Virus record (IMG/VR): IMGVR_UViG_2579778873_000001
Span: 9,557 to 73,556 of that record
Strand: one strand, 5' to 3'
Length of the DNA stretch: 64,000 bases
Source: a virus
Taxonomy: Duplodnaviria > Heunggongvirae > Uroviricota > Caudoviricetes
Positions 9,967 through 20,688 of this stretch are shown one piece after another. The translations under genes and the position numbers were made by a program. Within the stretch, counting starts at the first letter, position 1. Every line of letters begins with the position of its first letter. The notes beneath the pieces are model-generated. The model was not told where the DNA came from. It did no database searches and saw nothing but the letters and a program-made list of their open reading frames with translations.

Positions 9967-10770
9967 CTATTGTTCCTTTTTGGTGTTCTTTTGGAGCGCA
10001 TCGATAACGCCTTGTGGCATGATTAAACTGATTGCCGGACTCATTACTGCATCATCCAGTAGAGAACCAGTTAACGTGATGGCGACAGCGTTCTCTAAAC
10101 CTTTGGTTGCCTGAGTGGTTGACGTTTTAATGCGACCTGTAAGGGCTACGACACTCTCACTTGCTGAGTTAATTTCGGAGAGTAAAACTTCGGCGGCTGT
10201 CACTGCTTCCCGTAGAGCATCAATTTCATCCTGAGTAATGACTGGAGCCTGAGCGCCCCCAGCACCACCCTGTCCACCATTGCTATCACCACCAGCACTT
10301 CCAGCAGCTTCTATTTTTGCGTTAATGGCGTTCATGGCGGTTTTCAGAGCATCAAGTTTTAGCGCCGTCAATGCGTCCGTTAGAGATTGCGGAATGGAAA
10401 CATTCCCCATCCCCTCAACAAGGGCGAAAGCAGGTATGGGGGTCAGCTCGTTACCTTTTACGTAGCATTCCCAGCCAATCTTCATCTGTAACAGCTCTGA
10501 TGGCTTGGTGTATGGGGAAAGAGAATCAGCCAGTAATGAAGACGCTTTGCTGGCCTCATTGAGCTGTTCAGAAAAGCCAAGCAATTGAGTAGTCCAGGCC
10601 GAAACAGAATCAGGATAGGTTTTATCGGCGTGAACTATTCCCTGTATGGCGCTGGCGAGTGATGAGGCTTTTACAGACGCTGCCCGGCTTATGGTTATAG
10701 ATTCTGGTGTAGAGATACCGGCATCTGACAGAATTTTGAAGGCTTTAACTTCACCTATTGAATCAAGCAT
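9967..10770 (-). CDS. Tail-associated protein, function unknown
   Basis: Start taken at internal Met (MLDSIGEV) that overlaps the PAAR gene stop in a TAATG junction; the 33-aa upstream extension is rejected. Confidence 0.45.
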   Translation of the reverse strand: MLDSIGEVKAFKILSDAGISTPESITISRAASVKASSLASAIQGIVHADKTYPDSVSAWTTQLLGFSEQLNEASKASSLLADSLSPYTKPSELLQMKIGWECYVKGNELTPIPAFALVEGMGNVSIPQSLTDALTALKLDALKTAMNAINAKIEAAGSAGGDSNGGQGGAGGAQAPVITQDEIDALREAVTAAEVLLSEINSASESVVALTGRIKTSTTQATKGLENAVAITLTGSLLDDAVMSPAISLIMPQGVIDALQKNTKKEQ

Positions 10771-11054
10771 TATGCAACCTGAAAAATATCCTCGCCGTTG
10801 GCGATAACAGAACCACAAGAAAGCGGATCGCCTACACAGACAACTCCCTTTCCACCTATCGAAAACCATACTCGCGTCGATACAGCTGCCCCTGGATGTG
10901 CACTGTTACCGTCAGTGTGACTGGGAAACATGGCACCATCTACAACAATTGGCTTACCGTTAACGGTGAACCAGGGAACAGTTTCAGCTACCAGTCGCGG
11001 CGGAAATCCTCCGTGACCAGAACAAAGGGTGTCGCTGGTGGCTATTGCGCTCAT
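10770..11054 (-). CDS. PAAR-like tail spike tip protein
   Basis: 94 aa with Gly/Cys/His spacing (CSGHGG, HPGAA, GDPLSCGS) typical of PAAR-repeat proteins that cap phage spikes. Confidence 0.55.
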   Translation of the reverse strand: MSAIATSDTLCSGHGGFPPRLVAETVPWFTVNGKPIVVDGAMFPSHTDGNSAHPGAAVSTRVWFSIGGKGVVCVGDPLSCGSVIANGEDIFQVA

Positions 11055-11119
11055 TCTTCACCTCCGGGTTATCCTCCTATTGTCATCACTTTGTTATTTC
11101 ATCATTCAAACTGAGAGTT

Positions 11120-11300
11120 AAATTTCGGAATATTTCTGTATTCTCACTTCATTCTCAAATAAATCTCACTGTCAGACCATAATTCATTGGGTGATTAAGG
11201 TATTCTCAAAATGAACTCAATAATCACTCTTTTTTTATCTCTTTTGGTGTGGATTTTTGGGGGCTTCTCTTTTAAAATTGCATTATGATTCTCAAATGTG
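11120..11300. promoter_or_regulatory. parC-like centromere/promoter repeats upstream of parM
   Basis: Repeated ATTCTCA(A/C) units (about 11133, 11143, 11200, 11284) in an AT-rich leader. Confidence 0.5.
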
Positions 11301-11321
11301 TCTCAGAAGTGGAGCAAGAAG

Positions 11322-12278
11322 ATGCGCATTTTTATCGATGATGGTTCAACCAATATCAAAATGCTGTGGGAGCACGACGGGGAAACTCGCACTCACATCA
11401 GCCCTAACAGCTTTAAGCGCGGATGGTCAGCAACATTTGGTGCGGGCAAGCCGTTTAACTATGTCATTGACGACGAAAAGTATTCGTATGATTTGATCTC
11501 GCCAGATGTTCTGCCGACGAATAACGTGGAATGGCAATACAGCCCGCTTAACGTCCTGGCTGTTCACCATGCCCTGCTGACAAGTGGCATTGAGCCGCAG
11601 GAAGTAGAAATTGTGGTCACGCTGCCTCTGGCGGAGTTTTACGACGACGACGCGCAATACAATCTCGATAACATCGAGCGCAAGAAAGCCAGTCTTATGC
11701 GCCCCGTCACGCTGAATAAAGGCAATGTGTTCACGATTAAGAAAGTTACGGTACGACCGGAGTCTATTCCGGCAGGAATTGGCCTGTGCGACAATCTGAA
11801 CCCTGCCCATTCTGTTCTTATCGTCGATTTGGGTGGAACTACCCTTGATGTTTCAATGGTCGCCGGGCAAATGACGGCAGTTTCCCGTGTTTTTGGCGAT
11901 TCGAATCTTGGTGTATCACTGGTCACCAGGGAAGTAAGGCAAGCACTTGCAAGGGCCAATACCGAAACGTCAAATTACAATGTCGATCAGCTCATTATTA
12001 ACCGCCACGATGAAGATTATCTGAACGACAATATCAATGACCCATCAGCGATTGGTGATGTGAAAAAGGCCATTGCCGCAAGCATTGACCGTCTGCGTAC
12101 CCGCGTTCTTGATGTGATTGGCGACTTTAAAGGATATACGCATGTCATGGTGATCGGTGGTGGCGCACCGCTGGTGGCAGATGCAATTCGCGAGCAAGTT
12201 AATATTCGTGATGACCGTTTCTTCGTGGCGGATGACCCGCAACTTGCTCTTGTTCATGGCCTGAAAGCAATCGGTTAA
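11322..12278 (+). CDS. parM: Actin-like plasmid segregation ATPase ParM (StbA)
   Basis: Clear similarity to R1 ParM along its length (MRIFIDDGSTNIK..., HISPNSFKR, NVLAVHHALLTSG, DLGGTTLD, YTHVMVIGGGA); start set at Met 11322 with GGAG 9 nt upstream. Confidence 0.85.
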   Translation: MRIFIDDGSTNIKMLWEHDGETRTHISPNSFKRGWSATFGAGKPFNYVIDDEKYSYDLISPDVLPTNNVEWQYSPLNVLAVHHALLTSGIEPQEVEIVVTLPLAEFYDDDAQYNLDNIERKKASLMRPVTLNKGNVFTIKKVTVRPESIPAGIGLCDNLNPAHSVLIVDLGGTTLDVSMVAGQMTAVSRVFGDSNLGVSLVTREVRQALARANTETSNYNVDQLIINRHDEDYLNDNINDPSAIGDVKKAIAASIDRLRTRVLDVIGDFKGYTHVMVIGGGAPLVADAIREQVNIRDDRFFVADDPQLALVHGLKAIG

Positions 12279-12285
12279 CGAGGTA

Positions 12286-12630
12286 ATGTCCATGTCTCAG
12301 GAACGTAAGAAAGTGATGATTTATCTTCGCCCAGAGGCTTATGCCAATGAAAAGGCGGCGAGCGAGAAGATAAAAAAACATAGCGATATGGCAAGAACCG
12401 CATTGTTGGCAGGGCTTGCGCTGGGAGAAGTCGATAGCAGGCTTCCAGGATTACTGGCTTCCCTGCTGACCGAAGATAATAATCCGGAGCTGATCCGAAA
12501 AATGCTGGCATCCTTCCTGGAACTACCAGCTGCGGTTGAGGAGCGCCCTGCCTCCATTGAGCCAGTGAAGGAGCAAGTTGTTGCCAAAAGCGCGTCGGCG
12601 CGCAATCTGGCTGACTCTCTACCTGATTGA
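12286..12630 (+). CDS. parR: ParR-like centromere-binding adaptor
   Basis: Small ORF immediately downstream of parM; size, position and a conserved LTAGLALG-like segment match ParR. Confidence 0.6.
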   Translation: MSMSQERKKVMIYLRPEAYANEKAASEKIKKHSDMARTALLAGLALGEVDSRLPGLLASLLTEDNNPELIRKMLASFLELPAAVEERPASIEPVKEQVVAKSASARNLADSLPD

Positions 12631-12639
12631 CAGAAGATG

Positions 12640-12915
12640 TGCTGGTTTAAGGCTGCAAATTGCAGCCTTTTTTATGCCTTAATGGTGCCTAATTGGTGTT
12701 AATCTGGCACCGGTTAGGTGCTGTTATGGTGCAGTTTTGTATCTGGTTCCAATTTAGGGCTGATTTCGTGTTAAACAGGATGCAACAGAGGGCAAATTTA
12801 GAATGATTAGTGTTATACTTTTGCAAAGCATAATGACTCCACTATAGAGCCAAAACTGCATCAATAAGGCTTCTGTTTGGAACCAGTTTGATACCAAAAT
12901 AACACCGAGGAACGG
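12640..12915. promoter_or_regulatory. Repeat-rich leader upstream of parA (centromere/operator candidate)
   Basis: Recurrent GGTGC(A/C) and GGAACCA/TGGTTCC units (e.g. ggtgcctaattggtg, tggcaccggttaggtgc, tggttccaattt). Confidence 0.4.
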
Positions 12916-12917
12916 AT

Positions 12918-13559
12918 ATGATTATATTGGTAGTCAGCCAAAAAGGTGGCTGTGGAAAATCAACCACAAGCGTAAACATCTGTGCGGAGCTTGCCCGCGA
13001 AAATAAGGATGTAGTGTTACTAGATGCAGACAAGCAAGGAACAGCTGCCCGCTGGGCCGCTGACCGTAACACGGCAGAGGTTTCTCCTGTAATTCATTGT
13101 GTCCAGAAGTTTGGTAATATTCGAGAAACACTTCTCGATCTGGATAAGCGTTATGAATTTGTAGTTGTTGATACAGCCGGGCGCGATAGCAAAGAGATGC
13201 GTACAGGCATAACCGCTGCAGATATTGTGTTGGTCCCATTCAGACCATCTCAACCAGATTTAGACACGCTGGCACACTTTGTTGAAGTGTTTGAAGAGGC
13301 TTTGGACCTGATGCCTAATCCTAGCATTAAGGCGTTCGCAGTCTTAACAATGGCCCCATCCAATCCGGTTGTGAATGAAACCAATGAGGCCAAAGAGTAC
13401 CTGGCTGAATATCCGCAACTGAAGTTGCTGAAAACCATCATTCGTGATCGTAAGGTTTACCGCGATTGCATGGCTGAAGGGAAGGGCGTTGTTGAGATGG
13501 ACAACGGGAAAGCTAAAGGTGAAATCCAGATGTTGGTTAAGGAGTTATTAAGTGATTAA
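12918..13559 (+). CDS. parA: Small ParA-type (type Ib) partition ATPase
   Basis: Deviant Walker A KGGCGKST at the N-terminus; 213 aa, the size class of pB171/TP228-type ParA. Confidence 0.85.
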   Translation: MIILVVSQKGGCGKSTTSVNICAELARENKDVVLLDADKQGTAARWAADRNTAEVSPVIHCVQKFGNIRETLLDLDKRYEFVVVDTAGRDSKEMRTGITAADIVLVPFRPSQPDLDTLAHFVEVFEEALDLMPNPSIKAFAVLTMAPSNPVVNETNEAKEYLAEYPQLKLLKTIIRDRKVYRDCMAEGKGVVEMDNGKAKGEIQMLVKELLSD

Positions 13560-13839
13560 ACCTCGTAAATCGGTAAAAGCCCCCGAAGTAAAAGACCCCG
13601 ATCTTGAACGCCGAATTGAGGATTTTGCAAGTAAGGCTGATTTGGTGCCGGGTGAGCAACCAGAAGACAACAAAGTGCTCGATAAGGACGCTCCACGTGA
13701 TTTTAAATCTATTCGTGTTGGTTTCAATGAATACGAGTACCAGGTACTTGATGCGTTAAGTAAAAAGCATAATCGCAGCAAATTGAATATGATCCGCCAT
13801 GCTATCCTCATGTTAGCGGAGTCTGAGGAAGCAAAATAA
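13552..13839 (+). CDS. Small centromere-binding partner of ParA (ParG/ParB-like)
   Basis: 95-aa ORF overlapping the parA stop by 8 nt; basic N-terminus; partner role inferred from position. Confidence 0.5.
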   Translation: MIKPRKSVKAPEVKDPDLERRIEDFASKADLVPGEQPEDNKVLDKDAPRDFKSIRVGFNEYEYQVLDALSKKHNRSKLNMIRHAILMLAESEEAK

Positions 13840-13960
13840 AGTCTTTCAGGGTGGTTTTAGAACTTAAAAAATCTTGAACCAAAGATGCACCAATACACCA
13901 CTAATTTGGTGCACCTTTACATCCTTTTTGGTTCCAATTGTGTACCATTTGTCATTAATT
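13840..13960. promoter_or_regulatory. Downstream repeat block (second centromere-like site)
   Basis: Same unit family as upstream (cttgaaccaaag, ttggttccaattg) plus an imperfect palindrome tgcaccaa...ttggtgca. Confidence 0.4.
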
Positions 13961-14107
13961 TACTTATGCGCAAAAGTGGGCTTCATGAAAAAGCTCATTA
14001 TTGAAATAACGATAGAAAGCAATTTCTAATCAACTAGTGGTTGTCAGCCTATTCGGCTTATAAGATCATACGCTGTTATACGTTTTTTACGCTTTGAGGA
14101 ATCCACA

Positions 14108-15769
14108 ATGAGTGAGGCAGAAGCCCGCCCGACTAACTTTATTCGTCAGATCATCGATGAAGATCTGGCAAGTGGTAAGCACACCACAGTACATACCCGT
14201 TTCCCGCCGGAACCGAATGGCTATCTGCATATTGGTCATGCGAAATCTATCTGCCTGAACTTCGGGATCGCCCAGGACTATAAAGGCCAGTGCAACCTGC
14301 GTTTCGACGACACTAACCCGGTAAAAGAAGATATCGAGTACGTCGAGTCGATTAAAAACGACGTTGAATGGTTAGGTTTTCACTGGTCTGGTAACGTCCG
14401 TTACTCCTCCGATTATTTTGATCAGCTCCACGCCTATGCTGTTGAACTGATCAACAAAGGCCTGGCGTATGTTGACGAACTGACGCCGGAACAGATCCGC
14501 GAATACCGCGGCACCCTGACGCAGCCGGGTAAAAACAGCCCGTACCGCGATCGCAGCGTTGAAGAGAACCTGGCGCTGTTCGAAAAAATGCGTGCCGGTG
14601 GTTTTGAAGAAGGTAAAGCCTGCCTGCGTGCGAAAATCGACATGGCGTCGCCGTTTATCGTGATGCGCGATCCGGTGCTGTACCGCATTAAGTTTGCTGA
14701 ACACCACCAGACTGGCAACAAGTGGTGCATCTACCCGATGTACGACTTCACCCACTGCATCAGCGATGCGCTGGAAGGTATTACGCACTCTCTGTGTACG
14801 CTTGAGTTCCAGGACAACCGTCGCCTGTACGACTGGGTGCTGGACAACATCACCATTCCTGTTCACCCGCGCCAGTACGAATTCTCGCGCCTGAATCTGG
14901 AATACACTGTGATGTCCAAGCGTAAGCTGAACCTGCTGGTGACCGACAAGCACGTTGAAGGCTGGGATGACCCGCGTATGCCGACCATTTCCGGTCTGCG
15001 TCGTCGTGGTTACACTGCGGCTTCTATTCGTGAGTTCTGCAAACGCATCGGCGTGACCAAGCAGGACAACACCATTGAGATGGCGTCGCTGGAATCCTGC
15101 ATCCGTGAAGATCTCAACGAAAATGCGCCGCGCGCAATGGCGGTTATCGATCCGGTGAAACTGGTTATCGAAAACTACCAGGGCGAAGGCGAAATGGTCA
15201 CCATGCCGAACCATCCGAACAAACCGGAAATGGGTAGCCGTCAGGTGCCGTTTAGCGGTGAGATTTGGATCGACCGCGCCGATTTCCGCGAAGAAGCTAA
15301 CAAGCAGTACAAACGTCTGGTGCTGGGTAAAGAAGTGCGTCTGCGTAATGCTTACGTCATTAAGGCTGAACGCGTGGAGAAAGATGCCGAAGGCAATATC
15401 ACCACCATCTTCTGTACCTACGATGCCGATACTTTAAGCAAAGATCCGGCAGATGGTCGTAAAGTGAAAGGCGTTATCCACTGGGTAAGCGCGGCCCATG
15501 CGCTGCCGGTTGAAATTCGCCTGTACGACCGTCTGTTCAGTGTACCGAACCCAGGTGCTGCGGATGATTTTCTGTCGGTGATTAACCCGGAATCGCTGGT
15601 GATCAAACAGGGCTTTGCTGAACCGTCGCTGAAAGAAGCGGTAGCTGGTAAAGCATTCCAGTTTGAGCGTGAAGGTTATTTCTGCCTCGACAGCCGCCAT
15701 TCTACGGCGGAAAAACCGGTATTTAACCGCACCGTTGGGCTGCGTGATACCTGGGCGAAGTTAGGTTAA
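14108..15769 (+). CDS. glnS: Glutaminyl-tRNA synthetase
   Basis: 553-aa ORF matching E. coli GlnS essentially end to end as recalled (HIGH motif region [17 protein letters not shown] motif); own leader and terminator. Confidence 0.95.
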   Translation: MSEAEARPTNFIRQIIDEDLASGKHTTVHTRFPPEPNGYLHIGHAKSICLNFGIAQDYKGQCNLRFDDTNPVKEDIEYVESIKNDVEWLGFHWSGNVRYSSDYFDQLHAYAVELINKGLAYVDELTPEQIREYRGTLTQPGKNSPYRDRSVEENLALFEKMRAGGFEEGKACLRAKIDMASPFIVMRDPVLYRIKFAEHHQTGNKWCIYPMYDFTHCISDALEGITHSLCTLEFQDNRRLYDWVLDNITIPVHPRQYEFSRLNLEYTVMSKRKLNLLVTDKHVEGWDDPRMPTISGLRRRGYTAASIREFCKRIGVTKQDNTIEMASLESCIREDLNENAPRAMAVIDPVKLVIENYQGEGEMVTMPNHPNKPEMGSRQVPFSGEIWIDRADFREEANKQYKRLVLGKEVRLRNAYVIKAERVEKDAEGNITTIFCTYDADTLSKDPADGRKVKGVIHWVSAAHALPVEIRLYDRLFSVPNPGAADDFLSVINPESLVIKQGFAEPSLKEAVAGKAFQFEREGYFCLDSRHSTAEKPVFNRTVGLRDTWAKLG

Positions 15770-15794
15770 TAGGTATTTCGCCACATAAAAAAGT

Positions 15795-15820
15795 AAACGC
15801 CGCTACTGCGGCGTTTTTTA
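15795..15820 (+). terminator. Rho-independent terminator of glnS
   Basis: GC hairpin aaacgccgc-tact-gcggcgttt followed by a T-run; the dmt stop codon on the other strand overlaps the T-tract. Confidence 0.7.
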
Positions 15821-18112
15821 CTTCATTATTGCAATTATATCGTTAGCAACTACACGTGTTGACGCCTTGCAGGAAACCGACCGTCTGGCTGCCATATGAT
15901 GTACTTTAAACCCGTTTCCTTCATATAGTTCACGGATGTTTGGCGCACCACTATTTGTAATCACTACCTTAGCGCCGCGCTGGTGGGCTTCCACCAATAG
16001 AGATACCAGCCGTTTCTGTTCGTCGAAACGGAAGCTATTTCCTGAATAACTGGTAAACCCTTCTGTATCCGGCAGCGGTTCATACGGCGGATCGCAAAAA
16101 ATCACATCGCCTTCACCAGCCGCCTCGATGACGCCAGCAAAGTCACCTGATACAAAGGACGTGTTTTTGAGTACGTCATCAGCCAAAAATGCCTCCATCT
16201 CTGCATGTGGGAAGTAGGGCGCTTTGTATTTGCCATACCCCACGTTGAACTCGCCATTTTGGTTGTACCGCGTTACGCCATTAAAACAGTGCCGATTAAG
16301 GTACAAAAAGGCGGCAGCATGATGTAGCTGGTCATACTTTCCTCTGTTAAATGCCTCACGCACTTCGAGGTAAGCGTCAGCGTTGTTGTAATTTTGGAAA
16401 AAACTATATGACAGCGTGACGAGCGAATGTCCTTCTCGCTGCAATGTCTGATAGAAGTTAATCAGGTCACCGTTAATATCATTAAGCAGGTTGTGGCGAA
16501 ATCCTGCATTCGTAAATACGGAACCGCCACCAACGAATGGTTCTATTAACCGCTTGCCGTGTGGTAGATGCTCAAGCACTGTAGGTAACTCTGAGAATTT
16601 ACCTCCTACCCATTTGAAGATCGGACGCTCATATTCATCCGGAGTCCGGAGTATTCTTGTGTAGGTAATGGTATTTATTGTTTTTGGCTGTTTAGCTTCC
16701 ACAGTCGCAAGAATGCAACACCCAATCCATTGCATAACAGGAACTGCCATGCTGTTGCCAATCGCTTTGTAACGCGGCCCGTCAGCAGCGAGCATCGCGG
16801 CCTCTTCTTCGCTTAAATCTGGATAGTGATTGCGAAGGTATGCCAGTTCATCTGAGGAAATTGTTTTACGCTTTTCCGTAGGGATCAACGTATGCCCATC
16901 AGGAAAACCTTGCAGCCTTTCACATTCGACAGGGGTAAGACGGCGAACAGCTACTTTTGCGTTTCTTGCTTCATAGCAAACGGCTGTTGGATTTTGAGCC
17001 ATTAGAGATGGTGAAGTATTCTTAGTTGCAGCATGTTGTGTACCGCTCATATGCTCAGGAAAAGCTAATGTAACAAGATGCTCATGGCTTTCTTGCTCAC
17101 GCGCCCGCAATGTACCATGCCCCTCTGACCAAAAACCTGCTCCTGTGCTGCTAAAAACGGCAAGGTCAGTGGCATCTTTAAAGTCTCTTGCCTTTACTGT
17201 CGATGCGGTTTCATCGTCAATATATTCCCCAAATGCCGCCATCCTGAAAGCGTTTACGGCTTTCGTCGATTTCATACCGGGGGGCATGTCAGCGTGTAGG
17301 CATGGATTTAGACTTTCGCCACTGATTGCAGCGCCATTTGCAATAATGGCGGAAGCGATTTCCTTCTTTTTTCGGCTCGGCGCAATATTCCGGCGCACGC
17401 CTTCGAACTCAAAAAGTATCGTTGCGGGATCGAGGTCTGTTCGAGCACTTGCGACAACAAACACGCGTCGGCGTCGTTGTGCCACTCCGAAGTATTGGGC
17501 ATCAAGGATTCTCCAGGCCACTTTTCGCTGCGGTCCATAAATACAACCACACTGCGGCCACTTTGGAGCATGGCAACTGGTTTTGACATCCCACCGCCAG
17601 AACGCGTTACTTTTTCGTGATTCAGGTCGAGCACCTGGTTCGAATGGCGCATCTTCTCCAGCCAATCCGGCAAGGAAACATCCGAAGGCGTTATCTGCCG
17701 ATGACAAGACTCCTGGGACATTTTCCCAGACGATAACGGCTGGTTTGAGAAATGACTCAGCCCGTTTGTCGTCAATTGCATTTGCAAGCTCCACATACTT
17801 TAAAGTTAGCGCGCCACGCTCATCATCAAGCCCACCACGTAATCCCGCGATACTGAATGCCTGACAAGGTGTTCCCCCGACGAGCACATCAGGGGATTCG
17901 ATTTCCCCAGCCAGGACTTTTTTGGCAAGTTTTGTCATATCGCCAAGGTTGGCGACATGGGGCCAGCGGTGCGCAAGAACGGCAGATGGAAAAGGCTCGA
18001 TTTCAGCAAACCACGCCGGACGCATACCCAACGGTTCCCAGGCAATGCTCGCTGCTTCAATTCCACTGCAAACAGAACCATATCTAAGGTTAACGTTCTG
18101 CTTCACCACCAA
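15818..18112 (-). CDS. dmt: Bifunctional DNA methyltransferase (N-terminal C5-cytosine, C-terminal Dam-like N6-adenine), Dmt-like
   Basis: C5-MTase motifs ([24 protein letters not shown]) in the N-terminal half; Dam-like FKWVGGK and DPPY in the C-terminal half; no restriction endonuclease gene nearby. Confidence 0.8.
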   Translation of the reverse strand: MVVKQNVNLRYGSVCSGIEAASIAWEPLGMRPAWFAEIEPFPSAVLAHRWPHVANLGDMTKLAKKVLAGEIESPDVLVGGTPCQAFSIAGLRGGLDDERGALTLKYVELANAIDDKRAESFLKPAVIVWENVPGVLSSADNAFGCFLAGLAGEDAPFEPGARPESRKSNAFWRWDVKTSCHAPKWPQCGCIYGPQRKVAWRILDAQYFGVAQRRRRVFVVASARTDLDPATILFEFEGVRRNIAPSRKKKEIASAIIANGAAISGESLNPCLHADMPPGMKSTKAVNAFRMAAFGEYIDDETASTVKARDFKDATDLAVFSSTGAGFWSEGHGTLRAREQESHEHLVTLAFPEHMSGTQHAATKNTSPSLMAQNPTAVCYEARNAKVAVRRLTPVECERLQGFPDGHTLIPTEKRKTISSDELAYLRNHYPDLSEEEAAMLAADGPRYKAIGNSMAVPVMQWIGCCILATVEAKQPKTINTITYTRILRTPDEYERPIFKWVGGKFSELPTVLEHLPHGKRLIEPFVGGGSVFTNAGFRHNLLNDINGDLINFYQTLQREGHSLVTLSYSFFQNYNNADAYLEVREAFNRGKYDQLHHAAAFLYLNRHCFNGVTRYNQNGEFNVGYGKYKAPYFPHAEMEAFLADDVLKNTSFVSGDFAGVIEAAGEGDVIFCDPPYEPLPDTEGFTSYSGNSFRFDEQKRLVSLLVEAHQRGAKVVITNSGAPNIRELYEGNGFKVHHMAARRSVSCKASTRVVANDIIAIMK

Positions 18113-18995
18113 CGGCCTCCACTAGCGAAGTGAACATGGCTGATAATTCAGCAGTAAACAGGATAAAGTCAGCGTCAAATCGTTGCGCTACATCCTCTCG
18201 ATCAATATCGTCGTTTTGGTCGTACAATTCGTCGCTGAACGACAAAGCCTTGATACTCATATCGTCATTCAGTCTGAAAAATGCACGGTCTTGCCAGTTA
18301 ACCGCAACTGTGGTTGCAACCTTACCAGCTTCTATATGACTCATGATCTCGTCGGATAGCAGGTCCACTTTTTTGCAGCGGACCGCGCCGCCATCATCAA
18401 GCAATGCTTTTAAAGTCGCTTCCTCACCAGCACGGAAACCGTTCGGGAAGCCATCTTTAATCCAGCCAGTGATGGTCAGTTCTAATGGGTCTTTCGGAGA
18501 GAAGGGGACAACGGGCAAGCTGCCAAGCGATTTCCGTAACAAAGCCAGCTGATCCTCTGCTTTTTTAGCACTGCTGGCCTCGACAAAAACCAGATGATTG
18601 CTTCGGTCTATCAGGATTTTAGCGACTGATTTTCTCGTGAAAGCGCGAGGAAGAAGAGAGTGAAGCACTTCATCCTTCAGCGAATCTTTTTCGGTCTTCT
18701 TCAGCTTTCTGTCTTGCTCTTCTTCAAGTTTCAGGATTTTTTTCTGTAACTCTTCTTTGAGTACTTGAGAAGGCAGGATTTTTTCCTCTCGTTTATGCTG
18801 CATCAGAAGAAAACCCTGGTATTCATGGGTGAGGTTGTCGCCAAGAATTGGGGTCCAACCAGCTTTAGCCATATCCTGAGAACCGCATGGGGTAAACACA
18901 AACTTGCTAAGGGCTGCATTTACTTCTGCGGTATCCCAGTTAACTTCGCGTGAAAGACGATAGATGAAGATATTTTTGAAAGCGACTGATCTCAT
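18090..18995 (-). CDS. rdgC: Recombination-associated protein RdgC homolog
   Basis: 301 aa with long near-identical blocks to E. coli RdgC as recalled ([46 protein letters not shown], [18 protein letters not shown]) but divergent elsewhere. Confidence 0.85.
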   Translation of the reverse strand: MRSVAFKNIFIYRLSREVNWDTAEVNAALSKFVFTPCGSQDMAKAGWTPILGDNLTHEYQGFLLMQHKREEKILPSQVLKEELQKKILKLEEEQDRKLKKTEKDSLKDEVLHSLLPRAFTRKSVAKILIDRSNHLVFVEASSAKKAEDQLALLRKSLGSLPVVPFSPKDPLELTITGWIKDGFPNGFRAGEEATLKALLDDGGAVRCKKVDLLSDEIMSHIEAGKVATTVAVNWQDRAFFRLNDDMSIKALSFSDELYDQNDDIDREDVAQRFDADFILFTAELSAMFTSLVEAVGGEAER

Positions 18996-19007
18996 TTCTC
19001 ACCATTT

Positions 19008-19044
19008 ATGTTAGAAAATACGCGTTAATTATCTAACACAAATG
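19008..19044. promoter_or_regulatory. Pair of C1-type operator motifs
   Basis: atgttagaaaata (19008-19020) and aattatctaacacaaatg (19027-19044) in opposite orientation, directly upstream of the rdgC start. Confidence 0.5.
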
Positions 19045-19054
19045 GGTGCATTTT

Positions 19055-19708
19055 CTATCCTTTCTTGAAATCGAAGTTGCCAGCAGTGGCCTGAAAGGTT
19101 CCCCCTGCCTTGAAAGCTATGTCCCCGTTAGCGGTGACAGCAATATTTTCCCCATTAACATTGATGTTGTTGGCTGATTTGACGTTAACACTCCCTCCTG
19201 CATTCACGATTACATCAGCCGGACCAATGATATATATCTGCCCGGACTCATTCATGCCAATCCTTGAACCTGCTGCCGTATTGGCTATTTCATATCCACC
19301 GCCAGCCGTTCGCACTTCTAGCACATTATTGCGGTGAATAACGAAATCTTTTGTCGCCGAAAATTGCGGGCGGGGAGGCGCTCCGTCTACTTCAGGCGGC
19401 GTCCAGCCGCTACCATTGCCTGACGCCTCCGGCGCGACGTTTGGAACTCCGCCTGGCGCATCCTGAGCGGCACCAACTATCATTGGGCGTCTGGTGTCTA
19501 TTCGACCGTTAACATCTAAATAAGGAAACTCTACCCAGACCAGGTCACCTTTGACTGTAGGTACAAAAGCGTTCCCGATGGGTAACTGGTATTCCGCCCA
19601 GGGTAGATCGTCATCAGGAACGCCATTCCAGTCAGGTAAAACACGGACTTGAGCACGCATAAGCCCTGCCGGGTGCACAGTTCCAACAATTTGCGCTCTA
19701 CGCTTCAT
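19055..19708 (-). CDS. Baseplate central spike protein (gpV/Mu gp45-like)
   Basis: N-terminal OB-fold-like block followed by a Gly/Asn/Val-rich beta-helix-like C-terminus. Confidence 0.5.
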   Translation of the reverse strand: MKRRAQIVGTVHPAGLMRAQVRVLPDWNGVPDDDLPWAEYQLPIGNAFVPTVKGDLVWVEFPYLDVNGRIDTRRPMIVGAAQDAPGGVPNVAPEASGNGSGWTPPEVDGAPPRPQFSATKDFVIHRNNVLEVRTAGGGYEIANTAAGSRIGMNESGQIYIIGPADVIVNAGGSVNVKSANNINVNGENIAVTANGDIAFKAGGTFQATAGNFDFKKG

Positions 19709-20685
19709 TTGTTAGGCACTCCCAATATCATTCGTGTTGTGTAGCCTACGCGGTCCTCAAAGTGCGCAACATTTTTTACTATCAGCTTACGGGGCATTGA
19801 TTCATCAATGCGGTTTTCCTGGTCATAGCGGTATACGATAATCTCTATTACCATCCCCGGTTTTATATCAGGATTGCCTGCGACTTCTATATCCATTTTG
19901 GGGACGAGAGACAGCTGCATATTGCGAAGAGTTTCCATATCAGAGTCGGATATATAACGCACTGGGAGTGAGCTATCGCCATATTCGACGTAGCCATCGG
20001 TCATGGAATACCCAACAAAACGATATTGATTCTTTGCTGTTGTCGCATGTTCCTGTTGGAGTAGGCGCATTTTGGACAAAGTGTATTCTGCTTTAGGGTT
20101 ATTCCCCTCGTAGGTAAATGATGGCGTTTGCTTCATCAGATCAGCCAGGGTGTAAAAGTTAAATTCCCCCCGACATACCCAACACAATGCACCTTTGTCT
20201 CGCGCTATCTCCGAAAGCATTTTTGACGGTTTGTCACCAGCATTCAGATGATATGTAACTGCGCGTTTTAGCACGCTGCTGGTAATTTTAAGTTTGCCGG
20301 AATATGCCTTGAATATAGCGTCTGGTGTTTTGTTGGTATGTAAATTTGTGCGCGGGGAGGGGATCTTAAACCTGCGCACGTCTTCACTGACAGCAATAAC
20401 GGTAACAACATCACCAGCCAGCATTGCAGACGTAACAAAGAAATCTGTTTTAAAAGTGCCTGCATTACCGTTTGGATCGCCCATTTCAGCCACCAGCGAT
20501 GCACCGTATTTGGCTTTCCAGTCATCAATTACGGTGCCGGTAGCGTCATGAATTTCCAGTTTTAGCAAAGGGGCTTTGAGGCTGGTTTTTTCTACATATA
20601 CTGCGGTAAAAATCCAGTCTCGTGGCACTTTGTTATCGTTAATGAGCACTGACTGTAGAAAATATTGTTGTAACTCCTGGGCCAC
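19705..20685 (-). CDS. Tail/baseplate protein, unassigned
   Basis: 326-aa ORF overlapping the spike gene start by 4 nt. Confidence 0.45.
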   Translation of the reverse strand: MAQELQQYFLQSVLINDNKVPRDWIFTAVYVEKTSLKAPLLKLEIHDATGTVIDDWKAKYGASLVAEMGDPNGNAGTFKTDFFVTSAMLAGDVVTVIAVSEDVRRFKIPSPRTNLHTNKTPDAIFKAYSGKLKITSSVLKRAVTYHLNAGDKPSKMLSEIARDKGALCWVCRGEFNFYTLADLMKQTPSFTYEGNNPKAEYTLSKMRLLQQEHATTAKNQYRFVGYSMTDGYVEYGDSSLPVRYISDSDMETLRNMQLSLVPKMDIEVAGNPDIKPGMVIEIIVYRYDQENRIDESMPRKLIVKNVAHFEDRVGYTTRMILGVPNK

Positions 20686-20688
20686 TTA

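Noticed and set aside
14372-15214. 280-aa minus-strand ORF inside glnS, and similar antisense ORFs inside dmt (17308..17796), the tail fiber (61729..62487), the head gene (6528..7223) and elsewhere
   Set aside because: They lie wholly within well-supported genes on the opposite strand, lack RBS context and have low-complexity compositions typical of shadow frames.
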